Source: the human T2T-CHM13v2.0 reference genome, Homo sapiens
Length of the DNA: 64,000 bases
Assembly (NCBI RefSeq): GCF_009914755.1
Contig: NC_060926.1
Reading direction: 5' to 3' (one strand)
Notes under the pieces: model-generated
What the model was told of the DNA's origin: nothing
The model's database searches: none
What the model saw: only the letters and a program-made list of their open reading frames with translations
Shown: piece by piece, positions 13,898 through 27,422 of the stretch
Numbering within the stretch: position 1 is the stretch's first letter
How the letters are laid out: each line of letters starts with the position of its first letter
Made by a program: the position numbers and the translations under genes

Positions 13898-14195
13898 TGT
13901 TTGTTTTCTGTTTTTTTGAGACAGAGTCTCGCTCTGTCGCCCAGGCTGGAGTGCAGTGGCACGATCTCGGCTCACTGCAACCTCCACCTCCCGGGTTCAA
14001 GCAATTATCTGCCTCAGCCCCCCGAGTAGCTGGGATTACAGGCGCCCGCCACCTCACCCGGCTAATTTTTGTATTTTTAGCAGAAACGGGGTTTCACCAT
14101 GTTGGCCAGGCTGGTCTTGAACTCCTGACCCCGTGATCCGCCCGCCTCAGCCTCCCAAAGTGCTGGGATTACAGGCGTGAGCCACCGCGCCTGGC
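13898..14195 (-). mobile_element. Alu (AluS), full length
   Basis: dimeric Alu; TSD tcaccctga(t/c)attc. Confidence 0.95.
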
Positions 14196-14419
14196 ATCAC
14201 CCTGACATTCTAATCCTTCTCTTCTGTGTTCCCTGATGGTATAGCCTTGACCAAGCATGCTTGTATCTCCCCAAACCACAAATAACTATTAAACACCTGC
14301 AAAACAAGAACGCCAACATTCCAACCTGGGACACTGCTACTTGCCAGCTTCTATTCAACCAATTACAGATTTTAAGTTTTGTTGTAATGATCACATTTCC
14401 TTGTACAAAATTTGGTAAT

Positions 14420-14800
14420 GGGGATGCTGACAGTTCCAACGCAAAGTGGTTTAAGCAATAAAGGAATGTATGGGCTCACGTGACTAGAAAATCCAGACAT
14501 AGTTCAGGCTTCAGGATCAGTTTGATCTAGTATTTCAAGAGGACAACATCTAAGTGTGTCTCTCCATCCTGCCTTTGACCACATACATTTCATCTGAAGC
14601 CTGGCTCTCCTTATGGTTGCGAGATGAGTGCCACAGCCTCCAGAGAATCATGCTTTCTTGTCCTTATCCAGAAGAAGAGGGAGTTTTTCTTGCCTCAACA
14701 ATCAAACAAAAATCTTTTGTTACATTTCAACTGGAACAACTTGGCTTCTGTCCACTCCTCATCACCATGGCCAGGGAAATACCCTGAGTGGTTTGAGACT
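14420..14800 (-). mobile_element. Old MLT1 (J/K/L-type) LTR relic
   Basis: caaagtggtttaagcaataaaggaatgtatgggctcacgtgactagaaaatccag...caggcttcagg. Confidence 0.45.
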
Positions 14801-14845
14801 GGGCCACTTGTCTTTCCCCAAAACAATAATGAAGACAAGGGAGAT

Positions 14846-15198
14846 TGACATGGTTTGGCTGTGTCCCCACCCAAATCTCATCTTGAATTCCCACGTGTTT
14901 TGGGAGGAACCCAGTGGGGGGTAATTAAATCATGGGGCACCTCTTTCCTGTGCTGTTCTCATGATAGTGAATAAGTCTCACGAGATCTGATGGTTTTAAA
15001 AAGAGGAGTTCCCCTGCACAAGCTCTCTCCCTTTGTCTGCTGCGATCCATGTAACATGTGACTTGCCTTCTTGCCTTCCACCATGATTGTGAGGCCTCCC
15101 CAGCTATGTGGAACTGTAAGTCCAATAAACCACTTTATTTTGTAAATTGCCCAGTCTCGGGTATGTCTTTATTACCAGTGTGAAAATGGACTAATACA
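14846..15198 (+). mobile_element. THE1 (THE1A-like) MaLR solo LTR
   Basis: tgacatggtttggctgtgtccccacccaaatctc...ggactaataca; perfect 5-bp TSD gagat. Confidence 0.93.
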
Positions 15199-15624
15199 GA
15201 GATGTATATGTCAAGAGAATGATGAGAGTGGCTTAGACTGATAGGACTCCCTCTGAAGATGGAGATGGGGCCAATCCTATCCAGACCCCATAGCTACTAC
15301 ATGCTTGGTGGGGCAGGTGGAATGAACGTAGGAGAGGCAGACACAGTGAGCAAAGCTACGTTAGTGCATATGCAAAGCCAAAAGAAAACAATAGGGACAG
15401 AAGCATCTTCCCAACACCTAACTTCTTTCTACTTCCTTTTCCATCTGACTGTTAGCACATTGTTACAGACTGGGACATTAAAGCTTATACATCTATTGGT
15501 GCTGGGAAGTGAAGAAATGTGTATCTGATTTCCTAGGTCCCTTTGAAACCCAATATTATGAAAAATATGTGCAGTGATAGCAATTCTTCATATCATACTT
15601 CCCAATGTGATTTCTTTATTACTA

Positions 15625-15785
15625 AAAGTAACCATCTGATATAGGTCTACTGAGTATCATCTCCCTTTTACAGAGAGGCAACTGAGACTGAGGGACAAAA
15701 TGACTTGTTCAAGGTTATACAGCTCGTATACTGTAGAGGTGGGACTCAAAGCTGAGTTTCCCAACTAGAGATCCAGCCTACCTAG
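15625..15785 (-). mobile_element. MIR SINE relic
   Basis: ctttttacagagaggcaactgagactgagg...tgacttgttcaaggttatacagct. Confidence 0.55.
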
Positions 15786-16534
15786 ATAGACATTGCCTGC
15801 ACCGTTTTAAGGTGTAAAATTACTTCACCATCAGGAAGTAGAAAGGGATTCTTTTTCCTCCCAAGAGTTTGCATGTTGTACCCTGTTCCCTGGATGTTAG
15901 GAGCTCCCCATCACTGGAGGAATCCGGGCTGAGGCTGAGGCCTGCTTAGAGGGATACAGTGGCAGAGATTTCTACTTTGGGTGGAAGGTTGACCTCAACG
16001 ATTCAGACTCCCTGGAAACTGAGGATCTTCAAGGATCCATCTGTGCACTTGTGAAATCCTATTTGATTGTCATAACCACAGGAGGAAGAAACTTCTATTC
16101 CCCCAAAGAGCTCTGTCTCACAGCCGGTGCTATGACTAAGGCATAGGAGGCTGTCGAGGACGCCTAAGCCAAGTGCATCTGATGACTGGATGCTGATTTG
16201 GAGGAAGGCTCTGAGGCCCATGACATCATAATTATTTGGTTCTCTTGTACTGAAATATCCCACAAATGACAGTAATTATTAAGTTCTGCCTGGCATGACA
16301 TTTTCTCCCAAACATTGGAGGATGTTCCAGAATTTTCTCTCTCTACTCGCATTCCACCTTCCTGCTCTCTCTCCATCCATCTCCTGCTGTGCTCCCAGTT
16401 TACTTTCAGCCCACGCCACTTCTTATACCATTTCCTTTCTCTCCTCATTTGACCCCATAAGGTCCTCCTCCTCCAGCACCTCCCTTCCTAATCTCTGGTC
16501 AGGAACAGATATGGAGCTGGGAGCACCAAGAGAC

Positions 16535-17527
16535 AGCATTTGTTATGTGCTTGTTGGCTATTTGCATAGTCTCTTTGGAGAAATTTTTATTCACATCCTT
16601 TGAGCATTTTTAAATTGGGCTATTTGTCTTCTAATTGGTGAGTTCTAAGGGGCTAACATATATTTTGGATACTAGCCACTTATCAAATACATGGTTTGCA
16701 TATATGTACTCCCATTCTGTGGGTCTTTTTGTCACTTTTTTGATAGTGTCCTTTGACACACAAATGTTCTAAATGTATCTATTTTTTCTTTGGTCATTTG
16801 TGCTTTTAGTGTCATCTCAGAAGCATCTCACTGCTTAATCTAAGGCCACTAAGATATTGCCTATGTTTCCTTTTAAGAGTTATAGTTTTACCTCTTACAT
16901 TCAGGTCTTTGATCTGTTTTGAGTTAATTTTGTATATGGTGTGAGGTAAAGGTCCAACTTTATTCTTTTGCATAAATGATTTCCCAGCCCCTTTGGTTAA
17001 AAAGACTGTTCTTTCTCCATTGAATTGTTTTGTCACCCTCTTTGAAAATCAATTTGACAATAAAGGTGAGGGTTTTATTCTATTGATCTATATGTCTGTC
17101 TTTATGACATATATATTTGATTATAGTCCTTATTACTGCAATATTGTAGTAAGTTTTGATGATTTGCCAAAATTCTATTTAGGTGTTTGAATCTATGTGT
17201 AAGAGAGATATCTGTCTTAGTCTTTATAAGAAATATAGTTATCTTGCAGTGTCTTCATCTGGCTTTGGAATCAGGGTATTGCTGCCCCATAAATTGATTT
17301 GGAGAATGTTTTTGCCTCTTTTATTTTTTGGAAAAGTTTGTGTAGACTTTGTATTATTTATTTCTTAAATGTTTGGTCCAATTCCTCAGTGAATCCATCT
17401 GTACCTGGAGTTTTTTTTTTTGTGGGAAGTTTTCTAACTATAATTTCGATTTTTAATAGATATAGGGCTTTTCATGTGACCTATATTTTTCTTGAATGAG
17501 CTTTGGTAGTTTGTGTCTTTCAAGGAA
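16535..17527 (-). mobile_element. Old LINE-1 (L1M) ORF2 fragments
   Basis: minus-strand ORF 16812-17036 contains KINSKQIKDLNV, matching the L1 ORF2p C-terminal region; many stops. Confidence 0.8.
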
Positions 17528-17789
17528 ACTGAGAATTGCCAGTCTTTGCACATAAATATAATATCTTGAACTAGATGTTGCTGTAATGCTCATTGGAGTG
17601 AATAATTTTTGTAGGCAAGAACAATAGCATTTTCATTTCTGTATTTCCCACATCTGGCCCAGAGTCCAGCATAAAACAGGCACTCAGTTAATGTCTGTGG
17701 AATGAGAAGGAGTATTTAAGAGTCTGCTTTAATGAGCAAAATCTCTACCAAAGCAACTAAAGTTAATGACTGAATATATTGTCTAGTAG

Positions 17790-18240
17790 AGTTCCGAAGG
17801 GTCATGCTTTAATGAGACATAAAGGTGATAACAAAAAAATAGAATAAAAATAGAGCTTCTAAAATCATTGAAATGCACTTCATTGATAATCAAAGAAATG
17901 CAATTAGAACAAGGTACCATTTCCACTCTTCTGGCTGTCAAAAATTTTAAAAGATTGATTACATTCAGAAATGGTAAGAGTTTGGGGAAATAGGTACTTG
18001 AGGGTGCCTCCTTGAAAGTTATTTTTGTAGTACTTATCAAAACTTAAAAGGTCTGCACCCTTTAGCTTAGCCATTCCACCAGTAGAAATCAATCCTATAG
18101 AGGTATAAGTGTTCAAGGATACAGGCTGTATATGATATTTATTATGGGATTATTTTAATAGTAGAAAATTATAAACAAACAATATCCAACCATAGGAGAG
18201 TAGATACATAAGTTCTATGATTACTAAAATGGTGTAATGT
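17790..18240 (+). mobile_element. L1ME-type 3' fragment
   Basis: aaagaaatgcaatt...ggtaagagtttggggaaataggtac...ccattccaccagtagaaatcaatcctatagag. Confidence 0.5.
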
Positions 18241-18358
18241 CTGTGAGGTGTTACTCAACAGGAAGAAAGCAAAATGCAAACAGAAGAATCTTTCTTTCTT
18301 CCTTTTTATCTATCCGTCTATCTGTGAAAGAGGCCTGGAAATATGCACATCAGAAGTG

Positions 18359-18918
18359 TGTAGTAGACACAGTTCTCCAATGGCTTCATGATTCCCGCCC
18401 CCTGGTGTCCACCTTCTGTACAATTTCCGCCTCTTGATTTTGGGCAGGACTGTGATTATGACAGAGCTCAGTCCTGTGGTTAGGTTATGTGGCACACGTA
18501 AAGGGATTTTGATGATGTAATTAAGATCCCTAATCAGTCTGACTTTGAGTTAATTAAATGGGAGAATCTCCTTGGGTTGGGGGGGGGCCTGGCCTAATCA
18601 GGTAAGCCTCTGAACAGATAACTTAGACCGTTCTGATGAGAGTCTACTGCTGGCCTTAATGAAGAAGGAAGCCTGGGTAAGTTCCACAGCTGCAAGGACA
18701 TGGATTCTGCTGCATGAGCACGGAAGAGGACCCTGAGCCTCAGATGAGGCTGCAGCTCTGGGCAGCACCTTGATTGTGCCTCGCGAGGCCCTGAGCAAGG
18801 ACCCAGTTAAGCTGTGCCCAGACTCCTGCCCCATGGCACCTGTGCGCTAGCAAAAGTGTGTTACTTTAAGCTTCTATGTTTGATGTAATTTGTACCCAGT
18901 AACAGAAAATTGATAGAC
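18359..18918 (+). mobile_element. MLT1E/F-type MaLR solo LTR
   Basis: tgtagtagac...gattttgatgatgtaattaagatccctaatcag...ccctgagcctcagatgag...gtaatttgt. Confidence 0.7.
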
Positions 18919-19955
18919 TGTGTATCATTCTGACCTTTGGGCAAGACGGAAGTCAGGGATGTAAATAAAAGCCTTCCTTTCACATTACATTTTTTTTTTT
19001 ACAATAAATAGATAACAATTTTGCAATTAAAGTAAAGGAAAATGGGAAAGGATTTGTTTCTGAAGAGTTTTCTTCAATCATTTTGTTTACTTTCCTAGTG
19101 TGCTTTAAAAGCAAGCACAAAAGCCAACAGCAGCCCCACGCCCCACTACTCCAACCTGGCAGGCCAGAGGCAGGAACATTTATCCTTCTTGGTCTTGTTT
19201 CCTAACTGCTTTTCTCTCTTCCCAGATCTCAGGCCCAGAGGGGTCCTACCCGCAGCCTCTGGGGCAGCTGAATGCGCCCAAAGCCTCTGACATCTTTCTA
19301 CACATCTGGGGTGTGTGGCAACCCTGTCCCGGTCCTCCCACCTGCCTGCAGGCAGGATGAGTCATGGCTGAACAGAAGCCATGGGAAGCAGAGGCAGAGG
19401 CGAGCAGACTTCAGGAAACATGCCCACCTCGGGAATGGGAACAAGGAAGTCACCCCTCCCGCTCTCCTCCCCCTGCTCTTCTTGGCCTTGGCAGGTTCAG
19501 CAGCTTGTCGATTACAAAGCTGTTCACGCCCAATAATGTATTTGTTCCTATAAGATCTTATAGCCAGGAAGGAAAGAGTCATTAGCTCCATTTTACTGAT
19601 GAAAAAATTGAGGCATAGAAAAGAAAAAAAATGCTTAGAAGCTGGGGTGAAAAAAATGAAGTTTCCTGATGATTCAGTTTGACATCCTTCTCTACCCACC
19701 TCCATCCAGCACCGCCTCCCACCCAGCTGCCTCATGCACTTGACTTCCAGGGGCCATGGTATTCAGACAGGAGTAGACCAGCTGGGTCTTTCTGTCAATC
19801 AGCTCTTCTTGGTGGAGGTGGGGAAGGGGGATGATGAGGGGAGGGGGATGATGAGGAGAAGGAGCGGGGGTGGGGACGGGGCAGCTCCCTGATACCGATG
19901 GGTACACAGCAAAAAATGAAATGTAAATTTTCAATGGAGTACAGAACTGAATCTT

Positions 19956-21691
19956 TTTTTTTTATTTATTTATTTTTTATTGATAATTCTTGGGTGTTTC
20001 TCACAGAGGGGGATTTGGCAGGGTCATAGGACAATAGTGGAGGGAAGGTCAGCAGATAAACAAGTGAACAAAGGTCTCTGGTTTTCCTAGGCAGAGGACC
20101 CTGCGGCCTTCCGCAGTGTTTGTGTCCCTGGGTACTTGAGATTAGGGAGTGGTGATGACTCTTAACGAGCATGCTGCTTTCAAGCATCTGTTTAACAAAG
20201 CACATCTTGCACCACCCTTAATCCATTTAACCCTGAGTGGACACAGCACATGTTTCAGAGAGCACAGGGTTGGGGGTAAGGTCACAGATCAACAGGATCC
20301 CAAGGCAGAAGAAGTTTTCTTAGTACAGAACAAAATGAAAAGTCTCCCATGTCTACTTCTTTCTACACAGACACGGCAACCATCCGATTTCTCAATCTTT
20401 TCCCCACCTTTCCCCCCTTTCTATTCCACAAAGCCGCCATTGTCATCCTGGCCCGTTCTCAATGAGCTGTTGGGTACACCTCCCAGACGGGGTGGTGGCC
20501 GGGCAGAGGGGCTCCTCACTTCCCAGTAGGGGCGGCCGGGCAGAGGCGCCCCTCACCTCCCGGACGGGGCGGCTGGCCGGGCGGGGGGCTGACCCCCCAA
20601 CCTCCCTCCCGGTTGGGGGGCTGGCCGGGCGGGGGGCTGACCCCCCCACCTCCCTCCCGGACGGGGCGGCTGGCCGGGCTGGGGGCTGACCCCCCCACCT
20701 CCCTCCCGGACGGGGCGGCTGGCCGGGCGGGGGGCTGACCCCCCCACCTCCCTCCCGGACGGCTGGCTGCCGGGCGCAGACGCTCCTCACTTCCCAGATG
20801 GGGCGGCTGCCGGGCGGAGGGGCTCCTCACTTCTCAGACGGGGCGGCCGGGCAGAGGTGCTCCTCACATCCCAGACGGGGCGGCGGGGCAGAGGCGCTCC
20901 CCACATCTCAGACGATGGGCGACCGGGCAGAGACGCTCCTCACTTCCTAGATGGGATGGCGGCCGGGAAGAGGTGCTCCTCACTTCCTAGGTGGGATGGC
21001 GGCCAGGCGGAGACGCTCCTCACTTTCCAGACTGGGCGGCCTGGCAGAGGCGCTCCTCACATCCCAGACGATGGGCAGCCGGGCTGAGATGCTCCTTACT
21101 TCCCAGACGTGATGGCGGCCGGGCAGAGGGGCTCCTCACTTCCCAGACTGGGCGGCCGGGCAGAGGGGCTCCTCACAACCCAGACGATGGGCGGCCAGGC
21201 AGAGACGCTCCTCACTTCCCAGACGGGGTGGCGGCCGGGCAGAGGCTGCAATCTCGGCACTTTGGGAGGCCAAGGCAGGCGGCTGGGAGGTGCAGGTTGT
21301 AGCGAGCCGAGATCACGCCACTGCACTCCAGCCTGGGCACCATTGAGCACTGAGTGAACGAGACTCCGTCTGCAATCCCGGCACCTCGGGAGGCCGAGGC
21401 TGGCGGATCACTTGCGGTTAGGGGCTGGAGACCGGCCCGGCCAACACAGCGAATCCCCGTCTCCACCAAAACCAGTCAGGCGTGGCGGCGTGAGCCTGCA
21501 ATCGCAGGCACTGGGCAGGCTGAGTCAGGAGAATCAGGCAGGGAGGTTGCAGTGAGCCGAGATGGCAGCAGTACAGTACAGCTTCGGCTCAGCATGAGAG
21601 GGAGACCGTGGAAAGAGAGGGAGAGGGAGACCGTGGGGAGAGGGAGAGGGAGAGGGAGAGGGGGAGGGGGAGGGAGAGGGAGAGGGAGAGG
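19956..21691 (-). mobile_element. Full-length SVA retrotransposon (SVA_D-like)
   Basis: polyA tail (as T), SINE-R (~19980-20470), GC-rich VNTR (~20470-21240), Alu-like region, (CCCTCT)n hexamer; 12-bp TSD gaactgaatctt at 19944-19955 and 21692-21703. Confidence 0.97.
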
Positions 21692-22407
21692 GAACTGAAT
21701 CTTAATGAAAGGTATTATTCAATTCAGCAAAACACAAGGAAATTTTAACTGAGCAGAACTGATTAGCCCATAAAAAGGAATAGATTACAGCTTGCATCAT
21801 TTGCCGTCTAGACAAATCACTTAGATACACAGGCACTGGTTTTAATTACTGCCATAGAAATCTAGCATTCTGTAGCCCAAAATGGTATTGTTCAACAAAT
21901 AAAAAAAATTTTTAATGAGAAAATGCAGCTCAAACAACTACTTCCCATTATGCCTAAATAAACTGTTCCCCCACCCTTTATTTAAATAAGAAACCCGCAA
22001 GGTAAAATTGCTGCTTCTTCTATGTCTAATAGATTTTGTGCTCTACGTCCCTTCCCCCATGGCATCATGAAATGTATAATTCTCATAGAAGGTCTATGCT
22101 GGACTGAATACATCACAGCAAGAAGCTTTCCATTTTTAGCCAAAAAGTTCAGACTTTTTTTTTTTTTTCTGGTTTAACCCTTCAGGAAATTCTAAATGGA
22201 TCCAGGCTGCTGGCTCAAGTTTCTATGCAACAATGACCTTCAGTGAGAAAGCAGCATGTTGATTTTTCTCTTTTTTTCCTAATCCATGGGATCCCAGCCT
22301 CGCCTTTCCAAACAGGATCTATATGGTCAGAGGACAAAGGGCCTGTTTCCAGAGCTTTGAGAAGAGGAAGGCAGAGGCGGCACTTAGCAAGTGTGAGGGA
22401 AGGAGAA

Positions 22408-22763
22408 CGTACTAGTCAGCTTGGGCCGTGTAACAAAGCACCACAGACCTCAGGCTTCAACAATAGGCATTTATCGTCCAAGATCAAGGTGCTGGCAGGT
22501 TTCATTTCTTTGAGGCTTCTCTCTTTGGCTTGCAGATGGCCACCTTCTCAATGTACCCTCACGTGGTGAAGACAGAGAGCAAGGTCTCTCTACCTTCTTC
22601 TTCTAAGGCCACTAATCTTGTTGGGCTGGGGCCCCAACTTTATGGCTTCATTTAACCTTCATTATCTCATTAAAGGCCCCATCTCCAAATAGCATCACAT
22701 TGGGGGTTAGGGCGTCCACGTACGAATTTGGAGGGGGTGGTACAAAAACATTCAGTCCATAAC
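22408..22763 (-). mobile_element. MLT1A-type MaLR solo LTR
   Basis: gtaacaaagcaccacagac...tccaagatcaaggtgctggcagg...ggccccatctccaaatag...cattcagtccataaca. Confidence 0.8.
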
Positions 22764-23789
22764 AGAGGCAGTAGTACAGGCTTGGGGAGAGCACTGGGCA
22801 AGGAGTCAGCCAACCTGATCTGCAGGCTCCGTTTGCTCTGGCCTGGGAGGACAAGTGGAGTTTGTGGGATTCCAGGTGTGGGGCACTCTGGGCCTGGGCA
22901 TGTCAGTAGACCAGAATGTGGACTTGCCAGGGTTTGATGAGGAGGTGGGGTGTGCAGCATGCAGGGGTAAAGGGAAAATGCCTGTGTCCTGACCGTGGAA
23001 GGAAGACCATCCTCTGACCCCCAACAATCTCTCCAGCCACGGCCCAGCCCTGCTCAGTTCCCAGGTGCTTTTCACCTCCCATCAGTCTGCCCACAAGTCT
23101 GGGGCATGCCCAGGGGACCATGTCTTTCTCACCGCCACGCCCCAGACACTGCTGAAGCCTGGCTCTGTGGGACAGCTGAGCAAATTAAGGCTCATCAGAG
23201 ACCATGAAGGTCCTGTGGTTTCAAAGTTATGTGGGTTCTGTTTGGGCATAATGAAGCATTTTCTCATTCCTTCCCTCCACATGCCTGCCTAGCACCTGCA
23301 TGTCCAGGCCCGATGCTGGGCACCGTCACAGAGAAGAATAATCCAGATTGTACTGGGGCTGGAGTTGGGGGCAGACAAACCAGTGGTGCATGAACTGACC
23401 CTGTGCCATAGGACAGCTGAGGGCTCTGTGAGCACATAGGGAATGGGCCCTGATCCCTTGGGGAAAGGAGGGCTGGAGAGGGGTGCAGTCCCTGGAGACC
23501 TCCTGGAAGTGGTGACACTGAGGACTGAGCTTTGAAAGGGTGGAAAGAATGACCCCAGGGACGGGTGAGGGCAGCACTGCAGTAGAGGGCACAGTTAGCG
23601 TGGAGCATGCAGAGACCAGTGCAGTGCGGGGCCTGGAACCCTGGTGGGGACTTTCCTGCCTCTGTCTATGCTACTGCCTTGTCTGCCTGGGAGGCCTGGC
23701 CCTACTCCTCACTGCCCACGCCCACCTGACCTGGCTCAGCTTCCCCAGACTCCATCTGCCCAACATGGCAGCCACTGACCACAGGGGAT

Positions 23790-24500
23790 TATCACCACAA
23801 TTTGGCTTATCCATGCAACGGATATGATCAGCCATAAAAAGGGATGAAGTACTGACACATGCCATGCACCGATGAACGTTAAAAACGTTAAGTGGCCAGG
23901 CGCGGTGGCTCACGCCTGTAAGCCCAGCGCTTTGGGAGGCTGAGATGGGTGGATCACCTGAGGTCAGGAGTTTGAGACCAACCTGGTCAACATCGTGAAA
24001 CCGCATCTCTACTAAAAATACAAAAAGTAGCTGGATGTGGTGGCGTGTACCTGTAATCCCAGCTACTAGGGAGGCAGGAGAATCGCTTGAACCAGGAGGC
24101 GGAGGTTGCAGTGAGCCAAGATTGTGCCACTGCACTCCAGCCTGGGCAACAGAGTGAGACTCTGTCTCAAAAACAACAACAAACAAACAAACAAACAAAA
24201 AATCCATGGTAAGTTGTAAGTGAAAGATACCAGTCACAAAAAGTCATATATTATAGAATTTCATTTACATGATATTCCTAGAATAGGCACATTCATAGAC
24301 AAAAAGTATTCTAGTGGGTGTCTAGGGCAGGGGGAGGTTGGGGGTCATGGCTAAAAGGTGTGGCATTCATTTTGGGGGTAATGAAATGTTCTAAGATGAA
24401 CCAGTGCTGATAGCTGCACGGCTCTGAATACACTAAAAGCCACTGGTGTATCAATCGTATGGAATGTGAAGTGCATCTCAACAAAGCTGTTAAAAATCAA
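23790..24500 (+). mobile_element. L1MB/ME-type 3' UTR fragment, interrupted by an Alu
   Basis: cagccataaaaagggatgaagtactgacacatgc...cagtcacaaaaagtcatatatt...ctcaacaaagctgttaaaaa. Confidence 0.7.
23894..24202 (+). mobile_element. Alu (AluSx-like) with (CAAA)n tail
   Basis: ggccaggcgcggtggctcacgcctgt...gactctgtctcaaaaac. Confidence 0.95.
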
Positions 24501-24970
24501 ATATAATTGAAATAAAAATTCAGCTACTCGGGTGCACTAGGCCCATGCCAAACACTCAGCAGCCATGTGCAGCTGCGGCTACTGTACTGGATAGTGTGGG
24601 TAAGGAGCCCTTCAGTCATTCTGAGAGCTCCACTGGACAGGCTGGACCTCCCTGGACAGCCAGGCCTCCCAGATGTCCCCTTGGAGGCTCCCAGATGTCC
24701 CTTCAGTCACTGGCCTAGCAGTCATCTTTCACAATTGGCACTGCTTCGAGGTCTCCACACAAATCCTCTAGCTCTGCAGATGTAGCACCTTCGTCCATCT
24801 CATCTCTGCTCTGTTCTCAGCGCCCAGAACAGAGCCTGGAATGCAGTAAGAACCACCCCTGCCGGTTCAAAAGACGGGTGCATGCACCTTCTCTGTGAGC
24901 TTTCCCCTAGGCCCCACGCTGATTCAGAGCCTCCCTTTTCCAGGGTAGCCCTTGCACTTGGCTCATACAT

Positions 24971-25187
24971 CTCCTAGCAGCTGGTCCCCACCTGCTCTCC
25001 ACCTATCCCAGCACCTGGTCACCACCTGTCCCAGCACCTGGTCCCCGCTTGTCTCAGCACTGGGCCCCCACCTCTCCTAGCACTTGGCCCCCACCTGTCC
25101 CAGCATCTGGTTCCTATCTGTCCCAGCACTTGCTCCCCACCTGTTCCAGCACCAAGTCCCCACCTGTTCTAGCACTGAGTCCCCACT
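24971..25187. repeat. Diverged minisatellite, ~23-bp unit (cccagcacctggtccccacctgt) x ~9
   Basis: directly visible periodicity. Confidence 0.85.
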
Positions 25188-25275
25188 GTATTCTGTAGCC
25201 CCATCACCGTGTACTGTGGCAGTCTCCTTATTCCACAGATGAAAAATTGGAGGCTTAAAGAAGTTACAGCTTGCC

Positions 25276-25624
<349 letters not shown>

Positions 25625-25635
25625 CTAAGGCCACA

Positions 25636-26074
25636 TGTGTTAGTATCTTAAGACTGTCGTAACAGAATACCACAAACTGGGGTGGTTTTAAAACAACAGA
25701 AATTTATGCTCTCACAGTTCTGGGGACCAGAGTCCAAAATCCAGGTGTCGTCAGGGTTGGTTCCCTCTTGGGGACTCAGAGGGCTCCATGCGTCTCTCCC
25801 ATCTTCTGGTGGCTGCCGGCAGTCCCTGCTGTACCATGGCTTGTGGCAGCATCACTCCAACCTCTGCCTGTGTTGCCACGTGGTGTTCCCCCTGTGTATC
25901 TGTGTCTCTTCTTACAAGGACACCAGTGATTGGATTTAGGGCCCACCCTACTCCAGGGTGATCTCATCTTCACTTACATCTGCAAAGACCCAACTTCCAA
26001 ATCAGGTCACATTCACAGGGGCCGGGTTTAAGGCTTGAGCATATCTTTTGAGAGGACACAGTTGAACCCACAGC
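25636..26074 (-). mobile_element. MLT1C-type MaLR solo LTR
   Basis: gtaacagaataccacaaactgg...tggcttgtggcagcatcactccaacctctgcc...acatctgcaaagaccc. Confidence 0.85.
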
Positions 26075-26923
26075 CTCATACCACCAGTAAGTGTCAGAGC
26101 TTGGCAAGGCCTCCACCTGTAGCCTCTCTGTTCACTATGCTATTCAACAAATGACAACGTGTGAATATGTAAGTCCATGTCACCCATTTAACAGCCCGGG
26201 AAACTGAGGGGCACATGAATGCCAGCCTTCTGCTCCCCCATCTAAGGATACAGGGCTGATCCTCACAGAGCAGGATTTGTGTCTCTGCCTCTTCTCTTCC
26301 CTCCCCTGGCTTCTGGCTGCAGGCTGGTCTCGCACCTCCAGCCTTGACCTGCTATTTACAGCTGTTTCTTTCTCTTGCCCCTGTTGTCATTGGGCACTTG
26401 CTCTCCTGTGGGCTGTGTGCGGACATTCTCTCTGCTGGGCTTTGCATCTGCTGCCCCTCCCCTCCCACTTCTGCACCAGACCAGCTTTCTCCCCACTGGG
26501 CCTGGGATTTGCTGAATGGACTTGGAGTCAGAGTCAGCCTCTGGCTGCTATGACCTGATTCAAGCCGTATTTATTTTTCCACGTCTGATATTCTCTGTTA
26601 TTTTCTAATACTCAATACGTTAATTTCACAGCCAGCTACTGAGCCACGACCTAAAGTATGAAGTGCTGACTTGTGGTCCAGATGCCTCCAGGGCCGCTGA
26701 GACCCTCCGGGGTCTGTTTCCAGCTGACTCCACCAGCCTCAGGCCTGCCAGCCTCACCTCCAAACCGTGTGGCCCTTTCAGCTGAGCAGGCAGGTGGCAC
26801 TCAGACCTCCAGGCTCAGCTCACGCACTGGCTCTTCCGGGGGCCTGAGTCTCCAGCTTGTCATCACATCTTTCTAGATTCTAGATTTGTCCGCCTGCCAT
26901 CCTCTCAGCCTGGGGTCAATAGT

Positions 26924-27422
26924 GTATTAACTATGATTTCTTATTTTCTGCATTCCTGATGACTGGCAATGTGGCCTCACAGACTGGAGAGACTGCCCCT
27001 CCCAGTGGGTGACATCCTTAGAGATTGCGAAAGGCTGGAGCGTATCTTTCACAGGCAAACCCACCAATTCCAGGCCCAGACCCCCAACTTCCCCTCATCA
27101 AACTCTCACACACCAAGGCAATATTTCCCTGCCCTAAATCATCCCAGACCAGGGACCAGGCAACTAGAGACCACCTCTGTAGTTCAAAGCCCACCAGAAT
27201 TATCCCAAGGAGCCAATCCTGGACTCTTTCCTCTGTTCTGCCCTAACTTTTCCCCCAGGAAACCCCAATAGAGGGCCTGGCCTCGTTTTCCCCTCGCTCC
27301 TGCTTCTGCCTGGCCACACCTGGAATTTCCTCTGGCGTGTCCTCTTCTCTCAGGACATGTTAGTAATGCGTTCTTTCAATGACATTGATCTCTCTAAATC
27401 CCAGCGGTATAATTTTAATGCA
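26924..27422 (+). mobile_element. ERVL-class LTR relic (MER54/MER74-like)
   Basis: tgtattaactatg...ggagagactgcccctccca...ccaggcaactagagaccacc...agccaatcct. Confidence 0.5.

Noticed and set aside
15095-15108. PRDM9 (Myers) hotspot motif position in THE1A
   Set aside because: Reads CCTCCCCAGCTAT, which deviates from CCTCCCTNNCCAC at several positions
19966-21698. Multiple ORFs across the SVA, and Alu-derived ORFs elsewhere
   Set aside because: Standard spurious translations of SVA/Alu sequence
24971-25187. CRISPR-like appearance of short periodic repeats (also 35836-36186 and 43129-43240)
   Set aside because: Head-to-tail minisatellites without unique spacers, in mammalian DNA with no cas genes
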